DNA of 62,264 nucleotides, filler included, from Stramenopiles sp. TOSAG23-3 (lineage: Eukaryota): assembly GCA_900128585.1 (NCBI GenBank). It is 4 parts of 4 records of this genome, joined end to end, with 100 filler letters (N's around TTAATTAATTAA, not from the genome) between each part and the next. Parts side by side here need not be neighbours in the genome. Positions count along the whole stretch, not along the records: positions 20,179 to 40,135 come from LT642385.1; 3 more parts are not named here. The stretch is one strand, 5' to 3'. The position numbers were made by a program, and so were the translations under genes. This document shows, in pieces, positions 22,173 to 32,995 of the stretch (position 1 is the stretch's first letter; every line of letters starts with the position of its first letter). The notes beneath the pieces are model-generated. The model was not told the origin of the DNA. It worked only from the letters and a program-made list of their open reading frames with translations, and ran no database searches.

Positions 22173-24834
22173 TCAAATTGTTTCCAAATTTTCTGTTTTT
22201 ACAGCAATATATGTTTCTTGTGAAAGCTGCTCTCTTGGAAATGACTCGCGAACCCCCGGTGTAGGAACCTCTCGTCGCTCTCCTGGTACTGCCGTCATTT
22301 CGACCCCCCGTGCAGGAGCCACTTGTGAAAGCTGCTGTACAGGAATGGTCGTCATTTCGCGCGTCATTTCGACCCCCGGTGCAGGAGCCACTTGTTGCTG
22401 AAGCCCTTGGAGTTGATACACTGGAAACACTGGAGGCTGGACAACTTGCACGTCGGGCCGACAGACATCATTGCCGAGTGTCGGTCTCGATGCATAACTC
22501 GTCAATAAGGCCTCCGCCTCTGTTACGTCTTCCCTATTGGAGAAGTAGGCTGTTGTGTACAAGTAAGGAAAATAAATAGAATTTTCAGTCTCGTCTTGGT
22601 TACTGCAACAAGAAGATGAAGGACAACATATGTCTTCCTGCCGTGTTTTGAATTTATTCACATTTTTTAAAAGCAGCATAACTTTATCTTCTTTCTTTTT
22701 TTTGATCCTGATACAACAGGGAAACAACCAACAAACAGGACAGCACGGACTCGGAAGAACGCATAGTTCCTCCGTTCTATTTGAAGTTGTAGTCAAAACT
22801 ACATTATCTCGATTCACAGTCGTGTGATAATCATCATAATTTTTTGGGCAGCAACCGTCACAACACTTTTCACAGCCACTCGTCCAATATCTTTTTCGAT
22901 GCTTAAAAATTCTAGGCACTACTACTCGCATGTCCGGAAGAGTTAAATTAATTTGGGAGGATAAATTTTGAAAGAAAGTATACGCATCTTCCTGTGCTTT
23001 CACTTTTATATAAAAGTACCCATAAGGATTGTACACCTCAATCGACCCCTTCTTCTTTAACCAATTGTTCCCGCAGCACAGAGCCCGTGCATCGTTTAAC
23101 CATCCAAAGAGACAATATCCATATGTGCAGGCATAACACAGCCTTTCCCACCACGGACCAGTTTGCATCAATTCGCGATGGACCCCCCACCATCCCCATG
23201 GTGGAAACCAACCACTAAGAACATACCACCAAGGATATTCTGGTGGCAATTCGTACCTCACCCCATTTATTCTTGTCATGAATATGTCATTGTATTCTTT
23301 GAACGTCTTGGTTTCGAATGCTGTTGTGATGTGGTGCTGCCCAATTTGAATGCTCTTTTTCTCGTATGCCAAGGGGGGGTGAACAAATGTCTCCAGTTCA
23401 TTTGCATCAGGATTACTTTGAAATCGTGTGAAATATGGTTTCATACAATCGTACAAGTCTTTCCGCAACTGCAATGCAGCCTCTCTCTGAAGTGGGACTT
23501 CAACGATTTCATGCTGAGTGGACAGAAATGACTCATTTTGTACGCATAAATGGATTCGAACCGTCCATGTGGGCTCCCAGAAGTACATCAGGATTCCATC
23601 AACTAGCCATATCCAGCAAAAGGGTACGAAAAGGACAGGCGATCTTCCCCCCATTGCAACCCAAGCTGCACCAAGACCTGATTCTAAAAATATCATAGCC
23701 CAGGAGGATGGTCTCAATCGATGTGGTAATAATGCAAAACGATGAAGACCAAATAGTCCAAGCGTCATCCACTACAAGAATTTAAGAAAAGCTTCGTTAG
23801 TTTTGTGTTTTTGCAAAGATTTTTTTTGTACAAGATACGTACTAAAAAATATTTTTGAACTGTCCATGCAACTTTCTCGCCACAACATGCAAAACAATTG
23901 AACGGCAACTGCACTGTTGTCTGCACAAGTTTCACATCAGCGGCATGAAATACTTGACCGTACGAAATTGGGAAGGTGCAGCTACAGCAACGATTCGGAA
24001 GGTCATCGCGTATTTCTTCAATTTACCGTTGCGACCAATCAAGAGTTTACACTTTTGCCATTTACCAAGTACATTGTCGTACCATTCATAATTACTTTTA
24101 CTAATGATTTGTTTTGGATCCGTTTGTTGCTCGTGAATTGCAGTATTACTTTCAGTTTTTTTTTCACTTTTCTTAAAAATAACAGCAATCAAAGCCACCG
24201 CAGACCCAACACCGAACGAAATGCTGAAAGGTAGCAGCGCAGTTCCAAGCCCACCTACTTGAATTTCGTAAGCAACGACAGTAGGCGTTGGGGTGGGGTC
24301 TTTTGTTGTGGACATATGAAATTGTACATAGGAACGGTGTTTGGGGTTTTCATAGATATTTTCAGTAATGGACATTACAAAGGCGCCAGAAATAATGCAA
24401 ACACCATTATTATTACTGAGCGTTACTTCTAAGTGAACGGCGTGTGGTGAATTAGGGATAGGCTCAGCGTAAGTTCTTGCAGTAGCACTGCAGTTGGGGG
24501 CTCCACTTTCAATTGTGACCCCAAAATCCTTATCCGTCCGTCTGAAAATACCAGTATGCTGATTCTTATGATCCCTATTCCATGCCATTAGTCTGATCTT
24601 ATCATTAGCTACCAAAGCAAGTCGAACTGTTGCACCAAAGGTAAGTTTTGTTGGTGTGGCACCAGCGGCTACGTTATTGGAAGACAACCAGGCACTTGAT
24701 ATTTGATCGATTCTTGATGATCGTGTATGACAAAATTGACATCCTTCCAGGTCATACGGACTCGCAGTGACCAGGCTGCTCAAGTAAATGCATATCAGAA
24801 TAAATAATAGTTTCATTGATTTCTTTTTTCTCAT
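22173..24834 (-). CDS. Membrane protein with signal peptide, ectodomain, TM helix and two TM2-like domains; intron 23772-23842; frameshift near 24022
   Basis: Intron GTACGT..ACTAAC..TTGTAG joins AWTVQKYFL|WMTLGLFGLHRF (TM2 motif). One extra A at GGTAAA(A)TTGAA joins ORF 23932..24834 to IEEIRDDLPNRCCSC. A second TM2-like motif is WGWWGVHRE..YCLFGWLND. Confidence 0.7.
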
Positions 24835-25466
24835 TTAATCTTGTGTATTTTTGCTGTTTATATTTGCATACCATCGCACCTTCTTGTTGAAATTACGCAA
24901 ACGTGTGGGAGACGACGAACATTCCTTGTACTAGATTGTGTTCATTGTTATTCCAAGGTGGATTTGACGACGATCTGTTTCCAGTTTTTTAATATATTTT
25001 TATTATTATTATAATAATAATAGCCTGGGTGTTGTTTTTAATATTTAATACACATAATATATTTAGTGATACAATGGGCTTGTCGAAGTTCTTGGTTTCA
25101 TTCATTTCTCAAAGTTGGGCCCCATTCATCTCAAAGTTGGGCTTTAAAGACAACAATGCTACGTCTATAGTATAATTTGATTTTGTTGACAGTTGTCATT
25201 TTGTCAGGGCTTACTTAAAATAAATATGAATGTGATGGCGGACGACGAGAAAAAAAGAAGAAGAAAAAACAACTGAACTCTCTTCTTCAACTTGTGTATG
25301 AACTTTATACATACTAAAGTTTATGAAGAAAGGTTCGAAGTTAATTTCAACAAAATTAATGTTGGAAATTTTAATCAAATGAACAAAATAATTTACGACT
25401 GCCCTCCTTGCAGTAATTTAGTGGAAACTCGAAACCGTGAGAATTTAAGAGTGGGCGGACTTGATC

Positions 25467-26438
25467 ATGGCGAGTCAAAAAACAGTAGCAAGACGAAAAC
25501 GCTCGTCGATAGACGCCGGGCAGAAGCAGCACCCCCCGAAGCCATCAGCGGTACCAGGGAAACGTGCAAAGGCAAAGCCATCACGTAAGAAAAACCATCA
25601 TTTTAAGTTTGGCTTTCGGTTTACAATGTCGCAAGCGCATGCGTCGAAATTTATTGTCCCAGTCTTGCTTTCCGTTGCTGGTATGTACGACAAAAATCCA
25701 AGCCTGTGGTACGACACCCTGCTTAAACTTTCCGGCTTTCTGTGCTTTGGCGTCTTGTTGCTGTGCGCCGTTTGGGAATTTCTTTCTTACTACCTGGCGT
25801 CCCCGATGCCAGGGCACCGGTTGCAGAACAAAAAGACCGAACCTCCGATGTACGCAGACGAAGCCAAGGAGACCCTGCTCTGCATGTACTGCGTTGCTTG
25901 CTTCACGGTATGGCCGACCGTTTCAATGCTGCGCGGAGAACCAACGGCCTTCAAGGTAACGCTGGAGGAATGCGTACCAGCGATGTTTCGGGGCAATGCT
26001 GCTGCGGCATATATTGGCAAAATGGTCCTCACTCTTTTGGTTGCCGACACGCATACATTTTGGAAGCACTACTTTCTGCATAACCCGACGTTTTATGTTT
26101 TCCATAAGAGTCACCACAAATTCCACAATCCAAGCACTTTTGCTTGCTTTGCCATTCACCCAGTCGAAGCCGTGTGGACGTTTTGGCCCATTTTGCTCAT
26201 TTGCGTCCCGCACGTGTTCTTTGACGGGTTGACGGGGTTGTACCTGCCGTACCATTTGCCGTTTTTAATATCGTTCAGTCTGTTGAACTTGTATTTGCAC
26301 TGCGGGTATAGAATATCCGTGCTCGAATGGGTACTGCCGAGGCTCTTCGTAAACACGAGCGAGTGGCACAACAAGCATCACGAATTGAGTGTCTCTCACT
26401 TTGGGGAGATGCTTACCCTGTGGGACCACACCAGATGA
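25467..26438 (+). CDS. Fatty acid hydroxylase / sterol desaturase superfamily (ERG3-like), C-terminus possibly clipped
   Basis: His boxes HYFLH, HKSHH, HNKHH; FAIHPVEA; YLHCG; ends HFGEMLTLWDHTR*. Confidence 0.88.
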   Translation: MASQKTVARRKRSSIDAGQKQHPPKPSAVPGKRAKAKPSRKKNHHFKFGFRFTMSQAHASKFIVPVLLSVAGMYDKNPSLWYDTLLKLSGFLCFGVLLLCAVWEFLSYYLASPMPGHRLQNKKTEPPMYADEAKETLLCMYCVACFTVWPTVSMLRGEPTAFKVTLEECVPAMFRGNAAAAYIGKMVLTLLVADTHTFWKHYFLHNPTFYVFHKSHHKFHNPSTFACFAIHPVEAVWTFWPILLICVPHVFFDGLTGLYLPYHLPFLISFSLLNLYLHCGYRISVLEWVLPRLFVNTSEWHNKHHELSVSHFGEMLTLWDHTR

Positions 26439-26621
26439 AAAAAGTTGTCATGGGGCAAAGTGGGATGGACGAACAAATGCATTGATTCGATCAGTTCATT
26501 TTGGCTACAAATCATTGAATAGGTGTCGATTTTAGGGGGATATTTAGTAGTACGGTACATAGGTAAAAATAAGTGAAAATATGGTTATTTTGACAGATCA
26601 GCAAAAAGGAAGAGAAGTACA

Positions 26622-26645
26622 ATCAGACTCCACATAGGATTTTGT
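26622..26645 (+). repeat. 24-bp direct repeat, left copy
   Basis: ATCAGACTCCACATAGGATTTTGT, identical to 29064-29087. Confidence 0.9.
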
Positions 26646-26979
26646 TGCGACTCATGTTTTCCATGATTTCATTGGAAACATCAATTCTCGTCTGTTTTTA
26701 TGCTGCCATATTTCTTTGTTCATTGTACAAATGTTTGAACAACGTAAAGGGGTTAGAGTTTGTATTTTTTGTTTGTTTGTATTAATGAAATATGGTTTAT
26801 TAATTACGGTACCACTGTACACCCTTCGGATATTGCGTCAAGAACCCGGCCTTCGGCCTTTTGGAGCGAGATTCGGAGAGATTGAAGCTGGGTATAAGTA
26901 CTCGTACAAGAAAAAAGAATTCAGTCTTTTCATATATTTTTTTTTCAGAATTTTGTACCTTTCTTTACGTTCCTACTCT

Positions 26980-28686
26980 CTACATATTGGCTTTCGACAG
27001 CAATGCTTTTGCAATGGAGGTCCAGGCAAACTTTTCAATGGCTATCTCTCTCAGCTGAAGCCCAATCTTAGACCGTTTACTGTCAGGACCGTTGCTGCTT
27101 TCGTCGTATTCTCCAGATGGGTAGAGAAATTCCAGGGCTGCTTTGATTTTCGGCACCAAGGCTTTCACAAAAAAACCGCCATCGGCGTAGCCAAATTTAC
27201 CTCCTTTCTTCGTCTCAATGGTCATTATGTCTGCAATGCCAGCGTTGACTTTCCTTACTTCCTCAACGACGTCCACAATCCCCGAGTGGTAGTTCACCAA
27301 CGGCAAAACCCCGCAGCACATTGCCTCTGCTGCCACCATCCCAAATGCTTCGGCGGCTTTTGATCCCACGACGACCAAACTACTGAGAGGGAGGAGGAGG
27401 GACAGTTGCGCATGATTAAGAATCCCGGTCACCGTGATTTGCTTTACTTCCGCAGAATTAAGGGGGCGAAAGTACTCATCTAGATCTGCGGAGCGGTCAA
27501 CAAAGCCTCCTGCGTACGCACTCGCAACGAACTGGGATTTGTTGTTCTGCGCCATCGCGTCGATCATTCCTTCCAGATGCTCTCGAAATCCCCCAAATCC
27601 AACAAAGATCAACCTTGCTGTTGGCGTCTGTTCAAGGACCCCCCCTTTTCCAGCAAACGCAACCAGAATCTCGCCAACCCCTTTTGTGTTTAAAAATTTG
27701 CCAAAATACATGACGATCGGCCCGCTGCTGCCGGAAATGTCGGGGAAGCGGTCCAGTAAGTCTGCATCGGTCGCGCGTTGGTTGTACTGTTCCCCGCGTA
27801 CACCCAGCGCCTGGTGGTACAGTTCTCCGTCGTCATCGCCCGCCTGAGGCTCGGGGAAATCACCGAGTTTACCAGCACTGCGGCCGTCCGGGTGCTCTTG
27901 AACATGTTTGTTCACTAGTGTCTTAAACCGGTCCAGGTTGCCGTTGATGGTGGAGTCGTTAGAGTAGAGTGGGAGGAACACATTCTCGTCCATCCCCGGC
28001 GGAACGGTAACCATCCGTTCTTCAAATTTCAGCGTGGCAGCACGTTCTGGTCCGAAGACTTCGTGCATTCGGTCCACAATGTGAGCGGTCCCGGCAATAA
28101 TCTCAGTGCAGCCCACCAGACCCTGTATTGCAAAATGCAAAAAACGAGGGTGAGGGTGGAGCACAAATGTCAACGCGCTGCCGTGTATTTTACAGGCATA
28201 GGGCACCCCTGTTCCCTCCAGACCGCGGGCAGCAATAACGGGCGAGAAAAGAGCGTGGTTCGTGAGCACTAGCTGTGCTGGGGCCCGCCGGTCGGTCCCA
28301 ATAGCAACGGAGCGCAGGCTGGCTGCAGTTTTGCTAATATGGTTCTCTATCTCGTCCTCCGTGCAGTCTGGGATTACCTTGACGGTGTAGCCTTCGTATT
28401 TGTCATAAACGTACACAGGGAGCAGGAAATCAATATTCGGCACCACCACCCTACAAATCCCAGGTTTCGGGTTGGGAAGCTTTTGCAGCTCTTCCATTGA
28501 GGTATCCGGACCAAAATATTCATCAACAAAATCGTACGAAGCCGCTTGCAAATCCTGGCAGACAATTGTCACGCCCTTCCCCAATGCAATCCATGCTTTG
28601 GCAACGTTAAGCGTGTAAATATTTGACCCTGTCCCAGCCAAAATATACCCGTGGATGATGATAACGTGACCGGCACTCGCAGCCAT
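26980..28686 (-). CDS. GT-B fold retaining glycosyltransferase (GT4-like)
   Basis: HGYILAGTGSNIY, LLPVYVYDKYEG, KIHGSAL, YFGKFLNTKGV, EAFGMVAAEAMCCG (E-x7-E). Confidence 0.88.
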   Translation of the reverse strand: MAASAGHVIIIHGYILAGTGSNIYTLNVAKAWIALGKGVTIVCQDLQAASYDFVDEYFGPDTSMEELQKLPNPKPGICRVVVPNIDFLLPVYVYDKYEGYTVKVIPDCTEDEIENHISKTAASLRSVAIGTDRRAPAQLVLTNHALFSPVIAARGLEGTGVPYACKIHGSALTFVLHPHPRFLHFAIQGLVGCTEIIAGTAHIVDRMHEVFGPERAATLKFEERMVTVPPGMDENVFLPLYSNDSTINGNLDRFKTLVNKHVQEHPDGRSAGKLGDFPEPQAGDDDGELYHQALGVRGEQYNQRATDADLLDRFPDISGSSGPIVMYFGKFLNTKGVGEILVAFAGKGGVLEQTPTARLIFVGFGGFREHLEGMIDAMAQNNKSQFVASAYAGGFVDRSADLDEYFRPLNSAEVKQITVTGILNHAQLSLLLPLSSLVVVGSKAAEAFGMVAAEAMCCGVLPLVNYHSGIVDVVEEVRKVNAGIADIMTIETKKGGKFGYADGGFFVKALVPKIKAALEFLYPSGEYDESSNGPDSKRSKIGLQLREIAIEKFAWTSIAKALLSKANM

Positions 28687-29063
28687 GCTAGTCCAAAAAC
28701 AAAAATATAATTTTTCGAGACCTTATGTTTCGATTTTTCCAAAAGTGAACGTCTTCTGTGCGCTTTTTGTGCAATTGCTGAACTTTTGACAAGAGTAAAA
28801 TACTAGTTGCCTTATACTCGGCTGCCCTTTTTGTTAAAAAGTGTTTTGCTTTTTTTTCACTTGGCGGTGCATGCAGCGGTGGTGGTTCGTTAGCAGCAGT
28901 TGTTGTTGTGTAGTATTTTTTGGGTTTCTGTTGATATTCTGGATGCTGTGCTATGTATAATATTAATATTTCTAATAAACCTGAATCATATACTACCTAC
29001 CGTACTATAATACAATCCTCCCATCCCTATGAAGAAACTTCAACTTTAAGTGCATTTAAAGCT

Positions 29064-29087
29064 ATCAGACTCCACATAGGATTTTGT
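29064..29087 (+). repeat. 24-bp direct repeat, right copy
   Basis: Identical to 26622-26645. Confidence 0.9.
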
Positions 29088-29195
29088 AGGATGAAAATAA
29101 TTCTTACATGAAATTGTTAGAGTAGAACACATTAAAGTTGGCAATTTTTTTTAAATTAAAGAATTAAAGAAAACGATGAAAAATCGAAATCGATT

Positions 29196-29309
29196 AATTT
29201 TGATGCTGTGACATGTATATCTCGGGAAGCTGGTGTGCGGTGTAAAAAATAATAGAAGAAAATTTTGATGCTGTGACATGTTTCTCTCGGGAAGCTGATG
29301 TGCGGTGTA
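29196..29309. repeat. Tandem duplication of about 48 bp (period 65)
   Basis: AATTTTGATGCTGTGACATGTWTMTCTCGGGAAGCTGRTGTGCGGTGTA occurs twice. Confidence 0.85.
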
Positions 29310-29324
29310 TTCGTTCTCTCTTCT

Positions 29325-30374
29325 TCAAGGAAAACGCATACAATCGCCCCAAAGACTGCTATTGCCAAGGAGGGAATTTGTTAGCACTTTGAAGTTTAAT
29401 TCACGAACATCGGCCATTCGCTGGACAACTACGCACATCACCGCTTCGGCATGCTTCACCTTGTTGCGGGTCCGGTATTCCACGGCACGGTCTGTGAACA
29501 TGCTGGCCCAGCACTCCCTGACGCTGCAAAGAACCTCCTCGATTCCACGCTGGTTAAGAAACGTGTCGTGCTGCCCTGCGAAAGAGGCTTCTTCCGTATC
29601 CTCCGTCGTCGCAGAACTTCTACACGCCACGGCAGGATTTTCGCCCCCAAGGGCTAGGTACGCTTCGGCAATTTCCGCCGTGATTTCAGACGGCAATTCC
29701 ACACCGCGTCGCACGCCCTCTGCGCATGCAAACATTTCTGCTTGCTTCTGATCCTTGCGTTTTCCGTTTGGCGAATCCCACCACTCGTCGCATACAGCTT
29801 GAAGCGACCCAATGTCCAGCATCTCCGAGGTTGCTTTTTGGAAAGCGACGGTGGATACGCAGAAGAATTCCGGGACGGTGACGCCTTTCACGAGGTTCAA
29901 TATCATGAGACTAGACCCCTTACCGCCAGTCAAGCTTGTCAGACACGCGTTCACGTCCTGATTTGTAAGAACCAATTTTGTGTTGGACGTTGAACCAGCC
30001 CCCTGTCCCACGAGTTGTTTTACCAACTCTTCTTTTAGCAAGTGCTTCGGGCCATTGGCGAGGCGGGAGAGAAGATCCCCAGTCTCGCCATCGGTAGTGG
30101 CGGGGGATTCAAGGAAATCGCTTGACTCACCAACAGTAGTATCGGGGGATTCAAGAAAGTCGCTTGATTCACATCTTTCCAACGAACCGACCAAAAATGA
30201 ATCGTACGAGTGAATGTCTGCCGACCTTAGCCTCCGCACCGGAGGCAGGTACCTCGGAGAGTAAACAAGGGAGCAAAACGATAATGATTCTTGGATTAGG
30301 TAATATTTTTCAAGTAATGAACGATTAATAGCCAACAATAAAACGAAAACAAACAATTTAAATTTTGAAACCAA
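29325..30374 (-). pseudogene. Truncated PEP/pyruvate-binding (PPDK_N, ATP-grasp) domain of PEP-synthase/rifampin-phosphotransferase type
   Basis: GGKGSSL, VPEFFCVST, VACRSSATTED, SFAGQHDTFLN, CWASMFTDRAVEYR, MCVVVQRM, then similarity stops. No ATG before the domain and no His-swivel domain. Confidence 0.75.
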
Positions 30375-30570
30375 TTACAAAATATATATGAAATTGTACA
30401 TTTTTTTAGAGATAATAAAGAGTATTACAATATATGAAGTGTATAGTCACTAGTGAAAGAGAAGGGCAGATGCAGCAGAATCCAGTTGAATCACAAGTGC
30501 TATGCTTACACTATATACTTGTGTCTATGTTATTGTTTCTCCTTTTTTTCCCGACATTCGTGCACCCTTC

Positions 30571-31764
30571 TCAAAACTCCAACTCTCTTACCTGCATAAA
30601 ATTCGTCACATCTTGATCTGATATTTTAGACCTATTGGCTTGATGATCACCAACAAGTTTTTGTAAAACAGTTATCAATTCTGTTTTAACTTCCCCGGTT
30701 AGCATTTGACCATTTTCGTATTTAGTGCCAATTTCATTTAAACGTTCTTTGTCCATTAAAAAGAATCGTAACCATTGATATGGGATATCAATCTCCAAAT
30801 TTGCACCCAATTTACGCTGGAGCTCCAACGTTTCTTGTCCACCACTAAATGCATGCTTGTTAATTTTCTTTTCGATTTGTTTTGCTGTGTCGGTAACGTA
30901 AATAGCAGTGTTTGGATTGCTAGCACTCATTTTTGTTTGCGAACCTTGCAGTGCTGGAAAGAATTTATTATGTATTAATGCCGGCTTGTGCAATTTCATG
31001 CGCGGGGCTACATCACGTGTCAATCGAAAATATGGATCTTGGTCAATACCACACGGTATTAAGCATGGCATATTTTTTAAACCTTTCAATGGTACTTTAA
31101 AGGATTTTGAAAACGATGGCGCGCATTGTACAGCTGGAAATGCTTGCTTTCCAATATTATCACCATTAGTAAAGCCAAATATCCCTCGTGCAGTGTTAAG
31201 TGTCACCTTTTTTTGTATTTCAAGTATTGTTGGGTATAGATGTCCAATATAGTCTAAATTCGTAAATATAAACGTTTTCTTTACATCAAATCCACACGCA
31301 ATAATGTCTTTAGCAGTCGGTATGGCCAATTCATGAGTTTCTTTAAGTGTCATATCTTTCCACAAAAATTTTTCATCATCGGTTAATTGTATAACAAGTG
31401 GACATTCGAACACGTCTTGAAGCCATTTTGTAAACATAAATGGAAGTAAATGTCCCACGTGAAGGGCACCAGCAGACGGTCCACGTCCGGTGTATAAGTA
31501 AAATTTTTCACCTTTTTCATACAAATCCAGAATCTTATTTAAATCACGATGAGAGAAAAAAATACCACGTTTAATCCATGGATGAATAGGTTTTGGATCA
31601 ATTAATTTCTCAATCCTATTAATCAAATCATTATCAATACGCTTTGAACCAAACTCATTAATTAATTTATCGTAATCTACCCCGTCCGAAGATTCAACCG
31701 CCCATGGTGTTACTTTTTGTGTCGTTACTTTTTTCGCTGGTTGTTTTTCCAGTGCAATGTTCAT
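30571..31764 (-). CDS. WARS1: Tryptophanyl-tRNA synthetase, eukaryotic cytosolic type
   Basis: VTPW, FFSHRD, YLYTGRGPS, HVGH, QLTDDEKF, IDQDPYFR, KMSAS, AFSGGQ. Confidence 0.96.
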   Translation of the reverse strand: MNIALEKQPAKKVTTQKVTPWAVESSDGVDYDKLINEFGSKRIDNDLINRIEKLIDPKPIHPWIKRGIFFSHRDLNKILDLYEKGEKFYLYTGRGPSAGALHVGHLLPFMFTKWLQDVFECPLVIQLTDDEKFLWKDMTLKETHELAIPTAKDIIACGFDVKKTFIFTNLDYIGHLYPTILEIQKKVTLNTARGIFGFTNGDNIGKQAFPAVQCAPSFSKSFKVPLKGLKNMPCLIPCGIDQDPYFRLTRDVAPRMKLHKPALIHNKFFPALQGSQTKMSASNPNTAIYVTDTAKQIEKKINKHAFSGGQETLELQRKLGANLEIDIPYQWLRFFLMDKERLNEIGTKYENGQMLTGEVKTELITVLQKLVGDHQANRSKISDQDVTNFMQVRELEF

Positions 31765-32470
31765 GTTTATATATAACTAAAAAGTCAATATATCATTCTT
31801 ATTTTGAAACCAATTCTTTTCTTTTTATCTTATTGAGAAATTACAATGCCCTGCGAAGATAAAAAAGTTTCAAATCGTGACTGCAGAGGCGATTATTTGT
31901 TGTTTCTAACGTTGTCTACGAGGAATAGATAACAAAACAATTGTTGCTATTAATACCAGCAAACGAATATTTCTTTTCTAATTGCTTCTTAGTTTATTGT
32001 CCAGGAAAAAATTAGCAAGAATTAGATTAGCCAGCAATATTAATATCACTGCCACCAAGCAGCTGATATTCAAGCGGCATCGCCATTGTGTGTGTACATA
32101 TAATAATATCACTAATGCTGTATTAATGTTAAAACCCAACAATTATTATTTGAAAAATGTGGGATTCTTCCGATTTTTCTGAGCGCGTATTATGAATTAC
32201 CTCCTGGTACGCGAAGGAAGGAGGAGGACTTCCGTCCACACATGTTCTATACTCGATATTCTTTAAGACGAGAAGTGAAGTATAAAAAGGTAGATAGACT
32301 AAGTAGTCAATACAAAAAAATTATAAAATATACATAGCCTAGTATACTCACCCGGAAATTTACAGATAAGTGTTATTGTTCTTGATTGATTCTAGTCCGA
32401 AGATCGCGAACATTTGCACGAAAGACTAAGCATTTTTCACTCAGTATACTGAATTGAATAGGTACCGAAA

Positions 32471-32596
32471 ATGTTTGCCACAGTAATGAAGCGTTCAACG
32501 GTTGCTACACTTGGTGGTCTAGGCGTCGTTGGAGCTGCAGTAGCTTTGGGAGTTCTTCCCGAGACTAAGCGAGGAATCACGGCAGGACTACTATAA
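32471..32596 (+). CDS. 41-aa micro-ORF resembling a targeting/TM N-terminus (microprotein or gene remnant)
   Basis: MFATVMKRSTVATLGGLGVVGAAVALGVLPETKRGITAGLL*; AAAATG context; GC-richer island in an AT-rich spacer. Confidence 0.3.
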   Translation: MFATVMKRSTVATLGGLGVVGAAVALGVLPETKRGITAGLL

Positions 32597-32995
32597 TATC
32601 TTGGAAACCCTAATATACGAGTATGAACTATAGGATTATACCAATACACATAGCCCGTAAAAGTTAACAGTAACTCTACGACTATAATTATTAAAACCAA
32701 CAACAACAATATCCTTTCCTGACATCCTTTTGGATTCTACTGCTACCTGCTATAATACCTGCTCTTCACCCTTCCTTGAATGCTATTCGGTTATTATATA
32801 AACTAACTCTCGAACTCTAACCTGCAGCGGGAATCGGAATCGAAGATCGAAGAGAAAACCTGTAGCATGCAAATGAATCCAAATGAAATAAAAAATGCAT
32901 TCGAATTCATACCAATTCATTAAATTTCATAGAATTGAAATAATGTATTACACGGACTGATAGAAACATTAATTAAACCAACTAAAAGTTTCACC

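Noticed and set aside
26716-27363. 215-aa plus-strand ORF and many other antisense ORFs over long genes
   Set aside because: Shadow frames of GC-rich CDSs, with no motifs.
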